Origin: Myxococcota bacterium
Lineage (GTDB): Bacteria; Myxococcota_A; UBA9160; PR03
Length of the DNA: 60,240 bases
NCBI GenBank assembly: GCA_041611735.1
Contig: JBFIML010000026.1
Location: 1-60,240 of the forward strand
Direction of reading: 5' to 3'
A program made the translations under genes and the position numbers. Positions within the stretch are counted from its first letter, which is position 1; every line of letters begins with the position of its first letter. The notes under the pieces were generated by a model that made no database searches, was not told where the DNA came from, and worked only from the letters and a program-made list of their open reading frames with translations. Of this stretch, positions 9,020-18,611 are shown one piece after another.

Positions 9020-12000
9020 GGCGACGCCGCGGGCAGCGACGAGGAGGCCGCCGCGGGCACTGCGCGCGCGCCGGGCGACAGGCGCTCCTGGAGCCCCTCC
9101 ACGAGCACCCACGTGGCGGGGACGACGAAGATGGTGAAGAGCGTCGAGAAGAACATGCCGCCTACCACGGCGACGCCGAGCGGCGCGCGGGCCTCGCCAC
9201 CCGCTCCGAGGGCGAGGGCGATGGGGAGGATGCCGACGATCGTGGACAGGGCCGTCATGAGCACCGGACGGAAGCGGACGCGGGCGGCCTCGAAGCCGGC
9301 CTCGAGCACCGAGGCGCCCCGGGCCCGCAGCTGGTTCGAGAACTCGACGATCAGGATCGAGTTCTTGGTGACGAGGCCCACCAGCATCACGAGCCCGATC
9401 TGGCTGAACAGGTTCAGGGTGTGGCCGGTCAGGCGCAATGTCAACAGGGCTCCGGTGAAGGAGAGCGCCACGGCCACCAGGATCACCAGCGGATCCACGA
9501 AGCTCTCGAACTGGCCCGCCAGCACCAGATAGATGATCAGCACCGCCAGCAGGTAGGCGAACAGCAGCGCGTTGCGCGACTCGAAGAACTCCTCCGCCTC
9601 GCCGGAGAAGGCGACCCGGTAGCCGCTTTCCAGCGGCACCACCTCCTCGGCCAGGTCGCGCATGCGGGTGAGCGCCACGCCCTGGTCCGCCCCCTCCACG
9701 AGGTTGGCGGTCACGCTGGCGGCCCGCATGCGGTCGAAGTGTGGAATGCCACGAGGGGTCGTGGTGTCCCGCACCGTGACCACCGAGGCGAGCGGGATCA
9801 GCTCCCCGCCCGCCCCGTGCACGTACAGACCCAGCAGGTCGCTGGGATTCGAGCGGGCGCCGCGCCCCAGCTGGACCATCACCTTGTAGGTCTCGCCCTC
9901 CAGCTTGAAGGTGGAGAGGTCACTACCCCCGAGCAGGATCTGCAGCGTCGTGGCCACTTCGCGGACCGAGACCCCGAGGTCGCTGGCCCGATCGCGATCC
10001 ACGGAAACCTCGAGTTGCGGCTTGTTGAGCAGGAGGTCGCTGCGCAGGTTGAGCAGCCCCGGGATCTCCTCGCCGGCACGGCGCACCAGCTCGTCGGCGG
10101 ACACGGCGAGATCCGCCACGGAGGGTCCCTGGATCACCACCGACACCGGGGCGGCCCCGAAGCTGCGCCCGAGGGCCGGGGGGGCGGTGGGGAAGGCCTC
10201 GAGACCCGGCACGGCCCACAGCTCTCGGGACAGCTCCTCGACCACGTCCTGGGTGGAGCGATCGCGCTCCTCCCAGGGCGAGAGCGAGCAGAACAGGGCT
10301 CCCTCGTTCACGACCCCGGGTGTCCCGATCCCGAGCGCCACCACGGAGAAGCGCTTCTCCACCTCGGGCACCTCGGCCACCAGGGTTTCGACCTGACGCT
10401 GGTAGCGATCCGTGTAGTCGATGGTGCTGCCCTCCGGCGCCCGGGTGAACACGAGCAGGGTGCCCCGGTCGGCATTCGGGACGAACTCGCTCGGGATCCA
10501 CCCGAAGCCGAGCATGGCGAGACCCAGCAGGAACCAGGCGGCGCCGGCCAGGACCACCGCCCGCCGGTGGGCCAGGGCCGACCGCAGTCCGCGGCCATAG
10601 GCCGCCGCGAGGCGCTCGAACATCCGGGCCAGCATCCCCTTCAGGCCAAGCTCCTCCGGCTGCCGACGCAGCACCCGCGCCGCCAGGGCCGGCGAGAGCG
10701 TGAGGGCCACGAAGCCCGAGATCGCCACCGAAACCGCCACCGTGACCCCGAACTCGCGGAACAGCCGTCCGGTCGTGTCGTAGAGGAAGGCCAGAGGCAG
10801 GAAGACGGCGATCACCGCGATCGTCGCCGCCACCACGGCGAAGGAGATCTCCTGCATGCCCCGGTGGGCCGCCTCCCGGGGCGCTGTGCCCTGCTCCACC
10901 CAGCGGGTGACGTTCTCGAGCACGACGATCGCGTCGTCCACCACCAGGCCGATGGCCAGGGTGAGTCCCATGAGCGTGAGGGTATTGATCGAGAAGCCGG
11001 CAAAGTAGAGCACCGTGAGGGTGCCGACGATCGAGATCGGGATCGCCGTGGCCGGGATCAAGGTGGAGCGGAAGCGTCGCAGGAACAGATAGATGACGAT
11101 CACCACGAGCAGGACGGCCTCGAACAGCGTCTGCGTCACGTCCCGAATCGCCTGTCGGATGTAGACCGACGAGTCGAAGGCGATGGTGAGCTCGACGCCT
11201 TCCGGGAGCTGGCGCCGAATCGCTTCGAGCTCGGCCTTCACGGCGTCGACGGTGGCCAGCGTGTTCGCCTGGGAGAGCTTGACGATCCCGAGCCCGATGG
11301 CCGGCTCGCCGTTGAAGCGCACCAGCTTGCGCTCGTCCTCGGGACCCACCTCGACGCGAGCCACGTCGCCGAGGCGCACCGGCTCGCCGTCCACCTTGGC
11401 GACGATCATCGCCTCGAAGGAACGGGCCGTGCGCAGCTCGCCCAGCGTCTGCACCGTGAACTCGCGTCCTGCACTCTCGATGCGGCCGGAGGGGATGTCC
11501 ACGTTCTCGCGGGTGAGCGCCGTGGCGACGTCGGCCACCGTGAGGCCGTGGGCGGTCAGGCGATCGTTCTGCACCCAGACCCGCATCGACATGCGCCGCT
11601 CGCCACCGATCAGCACGTTGGCGACGCCGGCCAGGTTGGCAAGCCGGTCCTGGATGCGCGTCTCGGCGATCTTCGTGAGCCCGATCTGGTCGTAGTCCGA
11701 ACCCGAGAGTGCAATCCACAGCACCGGGCGCGCGTCCGCATCGCGCTTGGCGACGGTCGGCTCCTCCACCTCCTCGGGAAGCAGCCGCTTGGCCCGGGCG
11801 ACCCGGTCGCGCACGTCGTTGGCGGCCTGATCCGCATCCCGGGAGAGCTCGAACTCGATGGTGACGTCCGAGACCTGCTCCCGGCTCAGGGAGGTGACGT
11901 GGCGAATGCCCTCGACACCGATGATCTGGTCTTCGAGGGGCTGGGTGACCGATGTCTCCACCACCTCGGGCGCCGCTCCCGGGTAGACGGTCGTGACGGA

Positions 12001-12135
12001 CACCACGGGCGGATCGACGTTGGGCAGCTCCCGGTTCGGAAGCCGGCTGAGCGAGATGGCCCCGAACAGGAAGATCACCAGCGACATCACCGTGGCGAGC
12101 ACCGGCCGCTCGATGCAGACGTCCGACAGCCTCAT
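9016..12135 (-). CDS. RND efflux transporter permease (AcrB/AcrD/AcrF family)
   Basis: True start MRLSDVCIERPV; IGLVVDDAIVVLEN, GLVTKNSILIVEF, RFRPVLMT; about 1039 aa. Confidence 0.95.
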   Translation of the reverse strand: MRLSDVCIERPVLATVMSLVIFLFGAISLSRLPNRELPNVDPPVVSVTTVYPGAAPEVVETSVTQPLEDQIIGVEGIRHVTSLSREQVSDVTIEFELSRDADQAANDVRDRVARAKRLLPEEVEEPTVAKRDADARPVLWIALSGSDYDQIGLTKIAETRIQDRLANLAGVANVLIGGERRMSMRVWVQNDRLTAHGLTVADVATALTRENVDIPSGRIESAGREFTVQTLGELRTARSFEAMIVAKVDGEPVRLGDVARVEVGPEDERKLVRFNGEPAIGLGIVKLSQANTLATVDAVKAELEAIRRQLPEGVELTIAFDSSVYIRQAIRDVTQTLFEAVLLVVIVIYLFLRRFRSTLIPATAIPISIVGTLTVLYFAGFSINTLTLMGLTLAIGLVVDDAIVVLENVTRWVEQGTAPREAAHRGMQEISFAVVAATIAVIAVFLPLAFLYDTTGRLFREFGVTVAVSVAISGFVALTLSPALAARVLRRQPEELGLKGMLARMFERLAAAYGRGLRSALAHRRAVVLAGAAWFLLGLAMLGFGWIPSEFVPNADRGTLLVFTRAPEGSTIDYTDRYQRQVETLVAEVPEVEKRFSVVALGIGTPGVVNEGALFCSLSPWEERDRSTQDVVEELSRELWAVPGLEAFPTAPPALGRSFGAAPVSVVIQGPSVADLAVSADELVRRAGEEIPGLLNLRSDLLLNKPQLEVSVDRDRASDLGVSVREVATTLQILLGGSDLSTFKLEGETYKVMVQLGRGARSNPSDLLGLYVHGAGGELIPLASVVTVRDTTTPRGIPHFDRMRAASVTANLVEGADQGVALTRMRDLAEEVVPLESGYRVAFSGEAEEFFESRNALLFAYLLAVLIIYLVLAGQFESFVDPLVILVAVALSFTGALLTLRLTGHTLNLFSQIGLVMLVGLVTKNSILIVEFSNQLRARGASVLEAGFEAARVRFRPVLMTALSTIVGILPIALALGAGGEARAPLGVAVVGGMFFSTLFTIFVVPATWVLVEGLQERLSPGARAVPAAASSSLPAASP

Positions 12136-13283
12136 CGGCCGCCTCCGCCCAGGGAGCCGTCCGGCGGCAGGCCCGCCCCGCCGTCCTCCGCGGCCCGTGC
12201 CGGGACGGGCTCCACCCGGGCGCCCGCGTCCACCTTGTGGGTGCCCGCCGACACCACTCGCTCGCCGGGGTGCAGCCCGGAGACGACCTCCACCCGGCCG
12301 TCCCGATGCACGCCGAGCTCGACGCGGACCCGCTCCGCCACGTCGCCATCGTCCAGGCGCCACACGAAGGAGCCGCTGCCGTCGAGCACCACCGACTCCT
12401 CGGGCACGAGCAGCGCCTGGCGTTGGCCGAGCTTCATGCCCACGCGCGCGAACATGCCCGGGCGCAGCCGGCCCTCCGCGTTGGCCAGCCGGCCCTTCAG
12501 CGCCAGGCGCCGATTGGCCGAGTCGAGGCTCGGGGCCACGAAGAAGATGCGGCCTTCGAAGGTCTGTTCCGGAAACGGGGCCACCCGCACCGTCACCGGA
12601 GCGTCCGCGCGCGCCTCCGGGACCACCTGCTCGGGCACCGTGAAGACGACCTGGAGGGGATCGATCGCGTCCACGCGAACCAGGGACGTGTCGGTCGTCA
12701 CCCGCTCGCCGGGGGAGACGAGCCGCGCGCCGGCCACCCCGTCGAAGGGCGCCGCGATGCGCGTCCGCTCGAGCTCCACGCGCTCGAGCTGCGTGCGCGC
12801 TCGCGCCACCGCGAGCTCCGCCGCCGCGCGCTCGAGCTGGACCGCCGCCGCGGCGTTCTGGCGCGCCAGCCGGAGCGTGCGGCCGTGCTCGTCCCGGGCC
12901 AGGGCCAGACGGGCCTGCGCTTCGCGGAGCCGCGCGACCTGCTCCGCGTCGCGCAAGCGGAAGAGCACGTCGCCCTTCGCCACCGCCTGGCCCTCGAGGA
13001 ACTCCACCGCCGCGATCACGCCAGCGATCTCGGGCTTGAGGACGACGGACTCGTCGGCGCGCAGTTCGCCCACCAGCTCGATCTCCACCTGCAGGGGCTC
13101 GGCCCGCACGGTGACCACGCCCACCACCGGCACGCGGCGTCCCTCGCCGTCGCCAGGCGCCTCGCTGCGTCGGCACTTGGTCGATGCCACGAGGGACAGG
13201 ACGCAGAGCACGCCGGCCAGGGCCGCACGTCCGCCTGCAAGAAACCTCGGCGGGGTTCGCAGGCTGCGGCGCGAGGGAGACAT
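12132..13283 (-). CDS. RND efflux periplasmic adaptor (membrane fusion protein)
   Basis: FLEGQAVAKGDVL lipoyl-like half, IAAPFDG, LRPGMF, GLHPGERVV; stop overlaps the permease ATG. Confidence 0.9.
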   Translation of the reverse strand: MSPSRRSLRTPPRFLAGGRAALAGVLCVLSLVASTKCRRSEAPGDGEGRRVPVVGVVTVRAEPLQVEIELVGELRADESVVLKPEIAGVIAAVEFLEGQAVAKGDVLFRLRDAEQVARLREAQARLALARDEHGRTLRLARQNAAAAVQLERAAAELAVARARTQLERVELERTRIAAPFDGVAGARLVSPGERVTTDTSLVRVDAIDPLQVVFTVPEQVVPEARADAPVTVRVAPFPEQTFEGRIFFVAPSLDSANRRLALKGRLANAEGRLRPGMFARVGMKLGQRQALLVPEESVVLDGSGSFVWRLDDGDVAERVRVELGVHRDGRVEVVSGLHPGERVVSAGTHKVDAGARVEPVPARAAEDGGAGLPPDGSLGGGGR

Positions 13284-13407
13284 CGTTGGGATGCTATCGA
13301 AGCCCCCGTCGCCGCGGTAGAAGTTGCGGGACGCTGTGGGCGCGGCGCGGTATGCTGCCGACCGCTCGCACGCCCGCCCGGGCGTCCGACCAGCTGGGAG
13401 CCCATCT

Positions 13408-14019
13408 TTGGAGATCGTGTGTCTCGACCTCGAGGGAGTGCTCGTCCCGGAGATCTGGATCGGCGTGGCGGAGCGCAGCGGGATCGCCGAGCTCCGCCTC
13501 ACCACGCGGGACGTCCCGGACTACGACGCCTTGATGCGCCGCCGCCTCGAGATCCTGGCCCGACACGGCCTGGGTCTGCCGGACATCCAGCAGGTGATCT
13601 CCGGCCTCGAGCCGCTCCCGGGGGCTCCCGCGTGTCTCGCCTGGCTGCGCGAACGCTTCCAGGTGGTGATCCTCTCCGACACGTTCTACGAGTTCGCCCG
13701 GCCCCTCATGCAACGCCTGGGCTGGCCCACCCTGTTCTGTCACCGGCTGCGGGTGGCTTCCGACGGCCGCATCGTCGACTACCAGCTGCGGCAGCGCGAC
13801 GCCAAGCGCCGCGCCGTGCGCGCCCTGCGCGATCTGGACTTCCGGGTGGTGGCGGCGGGCGACTCCTACAACGACACCAGCATGCTCAGCGAGGCCCACG
13901 CGGGCATCCTGTTCCGCCCGCCGGACAACGTGGTGGCGGAGTTCCCCCAGTTCCCGGTGACTCGCGAGTACCCCGAGCTGCAGGCGCAGATCCTGCGGGC
14001 GGCGCACAGGGCGGAGTGA
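13408..14019 (+). CDS. thrH: Phosphoserine phosphatase/homoserine phosphotransferase (HAD family)
   Basis: [37 protein letters not shown] start after GGGAG. Confidence 0.92.
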   Translation: MEIVCLDLEGVLVPEIWIGVAERSGIAELRLTTRDVPDYDALMRRRLEILARHGLGLPDIQQVISGLEPLPGAPACLAWLRERFQVVILSDTFYEFARPLMQRLGWPTLFCHRLRVASDGRIVDYQLRQRDAKRRAVRALRDLDFRVVAAGDSYNDTSMLSEAHAGILFRPPDNVVAEFPQFPVTREYPELQAQILRAAHRAE

Positions 14020-14462
14020 GCGGCGCCGGTCGGACGCGCGCAGCCTCGATCCTGCTCTGCTTCGTCTCCGGCCTCGCCTGCGGGCCGTCGCAGGCACCCG
14101 GGCCGGGGGGCGCCGACGAGGCCGGCGCCCAGCCGGACGCCGTTGCCCTCGCCGCCCAGGGGGACCCGACGCAAGGCGAGCTCCTATACGGCACCTACTG
14201 CGCGTCCTGTCACGGGGCGCGCGGCGCGGGCGACGGACCGGTGGCGGCGGGACTCGACCCGAAGCCGGCCCGTCACGACGACGGCCCCTCCATGAACCGG
14301 CTCTCGGACGATCACCTGTTCCGGGTGATCCGCGACGGCGGCGCCGCGGTCGGCAAGTCCCCGCTCATGGCGCCCTGGGGCGAGATGCTGTCGGACCCGC
14401 AGATCCGGGACCTGGTCGCCTACGTCCGCTCGCTGGCGAGCCCCGCCGCGCCCGGATCCTGA
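14016..14462 (+). CDS. Monoheme cytochrome c, probable lipoprotein
   Basis: Hydrophobic leader with GLAC lipobox-like site, CASCH heme motif, distal Met in [11 protein letters not shown] overlaps thrH stop. Confidence 0.85.
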   Translation: MSGAGRTRAASILLCFVSGLACGPSQAPGPGGADEAGAQPDAVALAAQGDPTQGELLYGTYCASCHGARGAGDGPVAAGLDPKPARHDDGPSMNRLSDDHLFRVIRDGGAAVGKSPLMAPWGEMLSDPQIRDLVAYVRSLASPAAPGS

Positions 14463-15256
14463 GCCGGCCGCACGTCCCGGCAGCCGGCCCGCTTGAACAT
14501 GGGATGGCCGCCGGGCTGGTAGGTGAGCACCAGGGCCCGGCGCGGCTTCGAGGAGCGGTTCGGCTCCGAGCCGTGCACCGTGTGCGGGCCGAAGAAGAGC
14601 AGGCTCCCGGCCGGCATGACGGCCGGCACCTGGTCTCCCAGGTCGAAGGCTCCGGGATCCGTGAAGAGGGGCCCCAGCACGCCCTCCCCCGTCAGGCCGG
14701 GCAGCAGCCCGCGCCGATGGCTGCCGCGGATCACCCGCAGGCAGCCATTCTCCTCGGTGGCGTCGTCGAGAGCCAGCAGCACGTTGGGACAACGACCCAC
14801 GTGGGCGCAGGAGAACACCCAGTAGGGGGAGTCCTGGTGCCAGCGGAAGCGCGACCCCTCCCGCGGCCGTTTGAAGTTGAGCTTGTCCGTATACAGGGCG
14901 ATGCGCTCGGCGCCCACCAGATCCCGCATGGGCTCGGCCAGGCGCGGGTCGTCGATCAGCGCCTCGAAGCGCGCGTCCAGGTGATGAAAGGGTTCGACGA
15001 CGCGCAGGGTGCGGGAGCGAAAGCGGTGCTCGAACTGGATCGTGGCGCCCGCGGCCTCCACGTAGCGCTTGCCATCGATGCAGTAGGCGTCCCCCTCGAG
15101 CTCCGCCGCCTGGCGGGCACGCGCATGGGCCCGTTCCGACGCCTCGCGCAGCACGACCAGCTCCGCGGAAGCAAACGCTTCCCGTCGCACGAAGAAGCCG
15201 TCTTCCTGCCACGCGCGCCGCTCGGCGGACGAGAGCCTCAGGGTCCCGATGGCGAT
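14420..15256 (-). CDS. Phytanoyl-CoA dioxygenase (PhyH) family Fe(II)/2OG enzyme; start codon uncertain
   Basis: WQEDGFFV, WHQD facial-triad motif, NGCLRVIRGSH, HGSEPN..R. Confidence 0.85.
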   Translation of the reverse strand: MAIGTLRLSSAERRAWQEDGFFVRREAFASAELVVLREASERAHARARQAAELEGDAYCIDGKRYVEAAGATIQFEHRFRSRTLRVVEPFHHLDARFEALIDDPRLAEPMRDLVGAERIALYTDKLNFKRPREGSRFRWHQDSPYWVFSCAHVGRCPNVLLALDDATEENGCLRVIRGSHRRGLLPGLTGEGVLGPLFTDPGAFDLGDQVPAVMPAGSLLFFGPHTVHGSEPNRSSKPRRALVLTYQPGGHPMFKRAGCRDVRPAQDPGAAGLASERT

Positions 15257-15308
15257 GGAGGCGCCTCCGATCCCCTCCCGCGTCGGGCTCGGAGGGGGAG
15301 GCGCAATG

Positions 15309-16022
15309 TTAGGGTCTCCGCCGGACACCGCGAGGCCGCCTGGCCGAGCCGCGGGCGCTGGCCGCGCGCCCCGGCATCGGGCCAGCCAGCGGAAGCAGGA
15401 GCTCCAGGCGGGTCCCGCCCCGGCGAGGGCGGACGACGAGTCGTCCGCCCCACTGGCGTAGCACCCGTTCCGCCGCACGGACCGCCAGGGCGGTGCCGGG
15501 AGGAAGCTCGGACGACGGCTTCCTTCGAGCTTCGCCCGGCTCGCGATGCTCCACCACGAATGCGACGCGGCGGGCTCGCGCGTCCGGGACGATCGAGAGC
15601 CGCACGGGCCGGCTCTCCTCGGAGCGCTCCTCCGTGCGCAGCACGAGGGCGAGCAGCAGCGCGTGGAGGAGTGCAGGGTCCGCGGAGACGTCGGGCACGC
15701 GCGGGGCCCGGCGTAGGATCAGCTCGGGTCCGAACCCGCTCAGGCTCTCGATCTCCTGTACCAGCGCTTCCAACACGCTCGCCGGCGATGCCCGTGCCCG
15801 CGACCGCCGACTCGGGGCCAGCAGGGGTCGCACCTGGGCGAGCAGGGCCGCGGCCTGGGTCGTAACCGCCTCCACGGCCCGGGAGGCCTGGAGCCGCTCG
15901 CCCCGGCCGCGGGCCTGGGCGGCCCAGTACGCCGACAGGCGGGCGGCGGCCAGGTGATTGCCCACCTGGTGACAGATGGCCAGCACCAGATCCGCCGGAG
16001 CTCTGGGACCGAGACCGCTCAT
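15309..16022 (-). CDS. Sensor-less histidine kinase-like protein (DHp + degenerate HATPase)
   Basis: H-box-like ICHQVGNHL; N-, G1- and G2-box equivalents are degenerate (GTALAV..WGGRL..GGTR). Confidence 0.65.
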   Translation of the reverse strand: MSGLGPRAPADLVLAICHQVGNHLAAARLSAYWAAQARGRGERLQASRAVEAVTTQAAALLAQVRPLLAPSRRSRARASPASVLEALVQEIESLSGFGPELILRRAPRVPDVSADPALLHALLLALVLRTEERSEESRPVRLSIVPDARARRVAFVVEHREPGEARRKPSSELPPGTALAVRAAERVLRQWGGRLVVRPRRGGTRLELLLPLAGPMPGRAASARGSARRPRGVRRRP

Positions 16023-16029
16023 GGCACCC

Positions 16030-16051
16030 AGACTGATTGGATAGCCAGTCT
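16030..16051. promoter_or_regulatory. Inverted repeat AGACTG-N10-CAGTCT, putative operator
   Basis: AT-rich palindrome 7 nt upstream of the ATG of 15309..16022. Confidence 0.4.
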
Positions 16052-16094
16052 CCGCGCTCCGTCGACCTCGACCCCGCGGGACGCAGCGCGGACC

Positions 16095-17378
16095 TCAGCC
16101 TGCCGTCTCCTCGCGCAGCGCTTCCCGGAACTCCTCCATGCAGACTCCCAGCCCTCGCTCCCGGGCCCGCTCCGCCGCAAAGCCGATCAGGTGGCCCTCC
16201 AGGGCTGCGCGCCCCGAGGCGCGCAGCTCGCCCGGGGCTCCGCGGCTCAGGGCGTCGGTCAGGTGGTCCAGCAGCCCCCGGTCGCCCCCGAAGTGGCCCA
16301 GCGGCGAGGCCTCGAAACGCTCGCGCACGACGGCCAGGGACCCGGGCCGCGTGAGCTCGAGGACGCCCCGGTGCAGCAGCCCGCGCAGCTCCCCCCGGCT
16401 GCCGGTCACGCGCAGGGTGCGCTCCTCGTGGGTCGCATGGCCGTGCAGGCCGAAGCTGGCGGTGAGCCCCCCCTCGAACTCGACGGCCACCACCTGGTGA
16501 TCCGCCACGTCGTTGTCGCAGCGGTACACGCAGCGCCCGTAGGGCCCGTGCTCCAGCGCGCGCCGGCGCGCCGCCCGCGAGGGATCCGGGGAGACGTCGC
16601 TCCAGGGCCAGCCGCGCGCGACCTCCTCGGGCGGATCCAGGTAGAAGCGCACCGCATCGTAGGGGCAGCTTGCCCGAACGGGGCAGCCGTCGGTGCAGCG
16701 CTCCGGCGCTCCGGGCGGGGCGTTCGCCGCGCGGTAGTGGCCGAGTCCACCGAACGATGCCACGCGCCGGGCGGGCCGGTCCGCGAACCAGGCCAGGAGA
16801 TCCAGGTCGTGGCAGGACTTGGCGAGCAACACGGGCGCCGCCCGGGCGCGGTTGCGGAACTTTCCGCGCACGTAGGAGTGGGTCATGTGCCAGTGGGCGA
16901 CGTGTTCACGCAGATCGATGCAGAGCAGCTCACCGAGCTCTTCGCTCGCGAGGATCTCGCGCACCCGCTCGTAGAAGGGCGCGTAGCGCAGCACGTGACC
17001 CACCTGGAGCGCACGCCCGGCGCGCTCCGATGCCTCCACCACGCGCACACACTCGCCCGGCGTGGGGGCCATGGGCTTCTCGAGCAACAGGTGATAGCCG
17101 CGCCCCAGGGCCGCCAGGGCCGGCTCCACGTGCAGGGTATCGCCGCTGGCCACGACGGCGAGCGGGGCCAGGGCCGGGCCCGCGAGCAGCGGCTTCCAGT
17201 CGTCGAAGACCCGGTCCGGCGGGAGACCGTGCTCCTCGGCCATGGCGCTCGCGCGGCCCGGATCGGGTTCCGACAGCGCCACGATGCGCAGGCGGTCCGG
17301 GCGATCGAGGGCGTAGCGCCCGTACGTGAAGCGGCCGCGCAGCCCTGCTCCGATCACCACCGCTGTCAGCGCCGCCAT
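16095..17378 (-). CDS. Gfo/Idh/MocA family oxidoreductase
   Basis: [31 protein letters not shown], Cys-rich C..CP...CPY insert. Confidence 0.9.
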   Translation of the reverse strand: MAALTAVVIGAGLRGRFTYGRYALDRPDRLRIVALSEPDPGRASAMAEEHGLPPDRVFDDWKPLLAGPALAPLAVVASGDTLHVEPALAALGRGYHLLLEKPMAPTPGECVRVVEASERAGRALQVGHVLRYAPFYERVREILASEELGELLCIDLREHVAHWHMTHSYVRGKFRNRARAAPVLLAKSCHDLDLLAWFADRPARRVASFGGLGHYRAANAPPGAPERCTDGCPVRASCPYDAVRFYLDPPEEVARGWPWSDVSPDPSRAARRRALEHGPYGRCVYRCDNDVADHQVVAVEFEGGLTASFGLHGHATHEERTLRVTGSRGELRGLLHRGVLELTRPGSLAVVRERFEASPLGHFGGDRGLLDHLTDALSRGAPGELRASGRAALEGHLIGFAAERARERGLGVCMEEFREALREETAG

Positions 17379-17418
17379 GCGCTTTCTCCCCGAGACCGAC
17401 CGGTATACTACCCTCTCC

Positions 17419-17796
17419 ATGGCCGAACCCGAGCTCGACCCGGTCGTGAGCGCGCTGCGCATCGGCTCCTACACGCGCCACGTCCTGTTGTGCGTCAACG
17501 GAGACTGCGCACCCGCCGAGCAGGCGCTCGAGTCCTGGGCATTCCTGAAGCAGCGTCTCCAGGAACTGGGGCTGGTGCGCGTGCGCGGCGGCGTCTACCG
17601 CACCAAGGTGGGCTGTCTGCAGATCTGTCGAGAAGGCCCGATCGCAGTGGTCTACCCGGAAGGCACCTGGTACCGGCGCTGCACGCCCCAGGCGCTGGAG
17701 CGCATCATCCAGGAGCACGTGATCGGCGGGCGCCCGGTGGAGGATCTGTGCTTCGCCCGCAATCCGCTCCCGCTCGTGCCGATCGAGGAAGGGTGA
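17419..17796 (+). CDS. Thioredoxin-like [2Fe-2S] ferredoxin
   Basis: HVLLC....C and [21 protein letters not shown] motifs. Confidence 0.88.
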   Translation: MAEPELDPVVSALRIGSYTRHVLLCVNGDCAPAEQALESWAFLKQRLQELGLVRVRGGVYRTKVGCLQICREGPIAVVYPEGTWYRRCTPQALERIIQEHVIGGRPVEDLCFARNPLPLVPIEEG

Positions 17797-18602
17797 GACC
17801 CGCCTTCCTGCACGGTCGCGACCACACCGCCCTGGGCGCCGTCTCCACCGTCGCCGAGGGCTGCGCGGCCATCGCCCTCTCCCGCGGCGGCGCCCCGAAG
17901 CTCTATCCCCATCACGACCCCAACGAGGACGCGGCGCTGTTCGTCGTGGGCGGAGCCGGGGTCCTGCTGGCGGTGGCAGATGGGCATTCGGGCCACGAGG
18001 CGGCCGTGGCGGCCCTGACGCACCTGGCGGCGGAGCACGCAGGAAGTTGGACCGAGGGGAGCGCCCGTGCGCCGCGGGGCTGGCGGGGGTCGTTGCTCGA
18101 AGCCCTGGCCGGAGCCAACGACGCGATCCTGGCGCTTGCGTGCCGCGGCGAGGGCCGGGCGGCGCGCACGACCCTCGCCGTGGCGCTGGTGCGACCCGCC
18201 GAGGACCTGCTGGCGTGGGCCTCGATCGGCGACAGCCATCTGTTCCGGGCCAGCGGCGCGACCGTGGCCGATCTGGCCGGTCCCCGTGCGGGCGGGGCCT
18301 TCTTCCTCGGGCACGGCGCCGAGAGTCCCGCCTCCCTGGCCCGCAAGGCGCTGATCGAGACGCTGCCCCTCACCGGCGTGCGGGCGGTGGTGCTGGCAAC
18401 GGACGGACTCTCGGAGGTGGGCGTGGGCGTCCCGGACCCGGAGGCGGCCGTGGCCGATGCCCTGGCGTCCTGCAGCCCGGCGCCCGAGGCGCTGCGTCCC
18501 CGGGACCTGGCCCGTGCGGTGGTGGAGACGGCCCTGGAAGCCCAGCAGCGCCAGGCAGCGGGGGACAACGTGGCAGCGGCGGTGGCCTGGCTGGAGCCCT
18601 GA
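17793..18602 (+). CDS. PP2C/PPM-family phosphatase domain protein
   Basis: NEDA, VADGH.G, IGDS, LATDGL, GDN motifs; GTG overlaps ferredoxin stop. Confidence 0.82.
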   Translation: MRPAFLHGRDHTALGAVSTVAEGCAAIALSRGGAPKLYPHHDPNEDAALFVVGGAGVLLAVADGHSGHEAAVAALTHLAAEHAGSWTEGSARAPRGWRGSLLEALAGANDAILALACRGEGRAARTTLAVALVRPAEDLLAWASIGDSHLFRASGATVADLAGPRAGGAFFLGHGAESPASLARKALIETLPLTGVRAVVLATDGLSEVGVGVPDPEAAVADALASCSPAPEALRPRDLARAVVETALEAQQRQAAGDNVAAAVAWLEP

Positions 18603-18611
18603 CGCCCTGGC

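Noticed and set aside
14420-14462. Convergent 3' overlap of the cytochrome c and PhyH genes
   Set aside because: Short tail-to-tail overlaps are frequent in this window (also purN/gloA) and reflect stop-codon scarcity
16022-16040. Sigma54 promoter at TGGCAC
   Set aside because: No TTGC -12 element at the right spacing, and no plus-strand gene downstream
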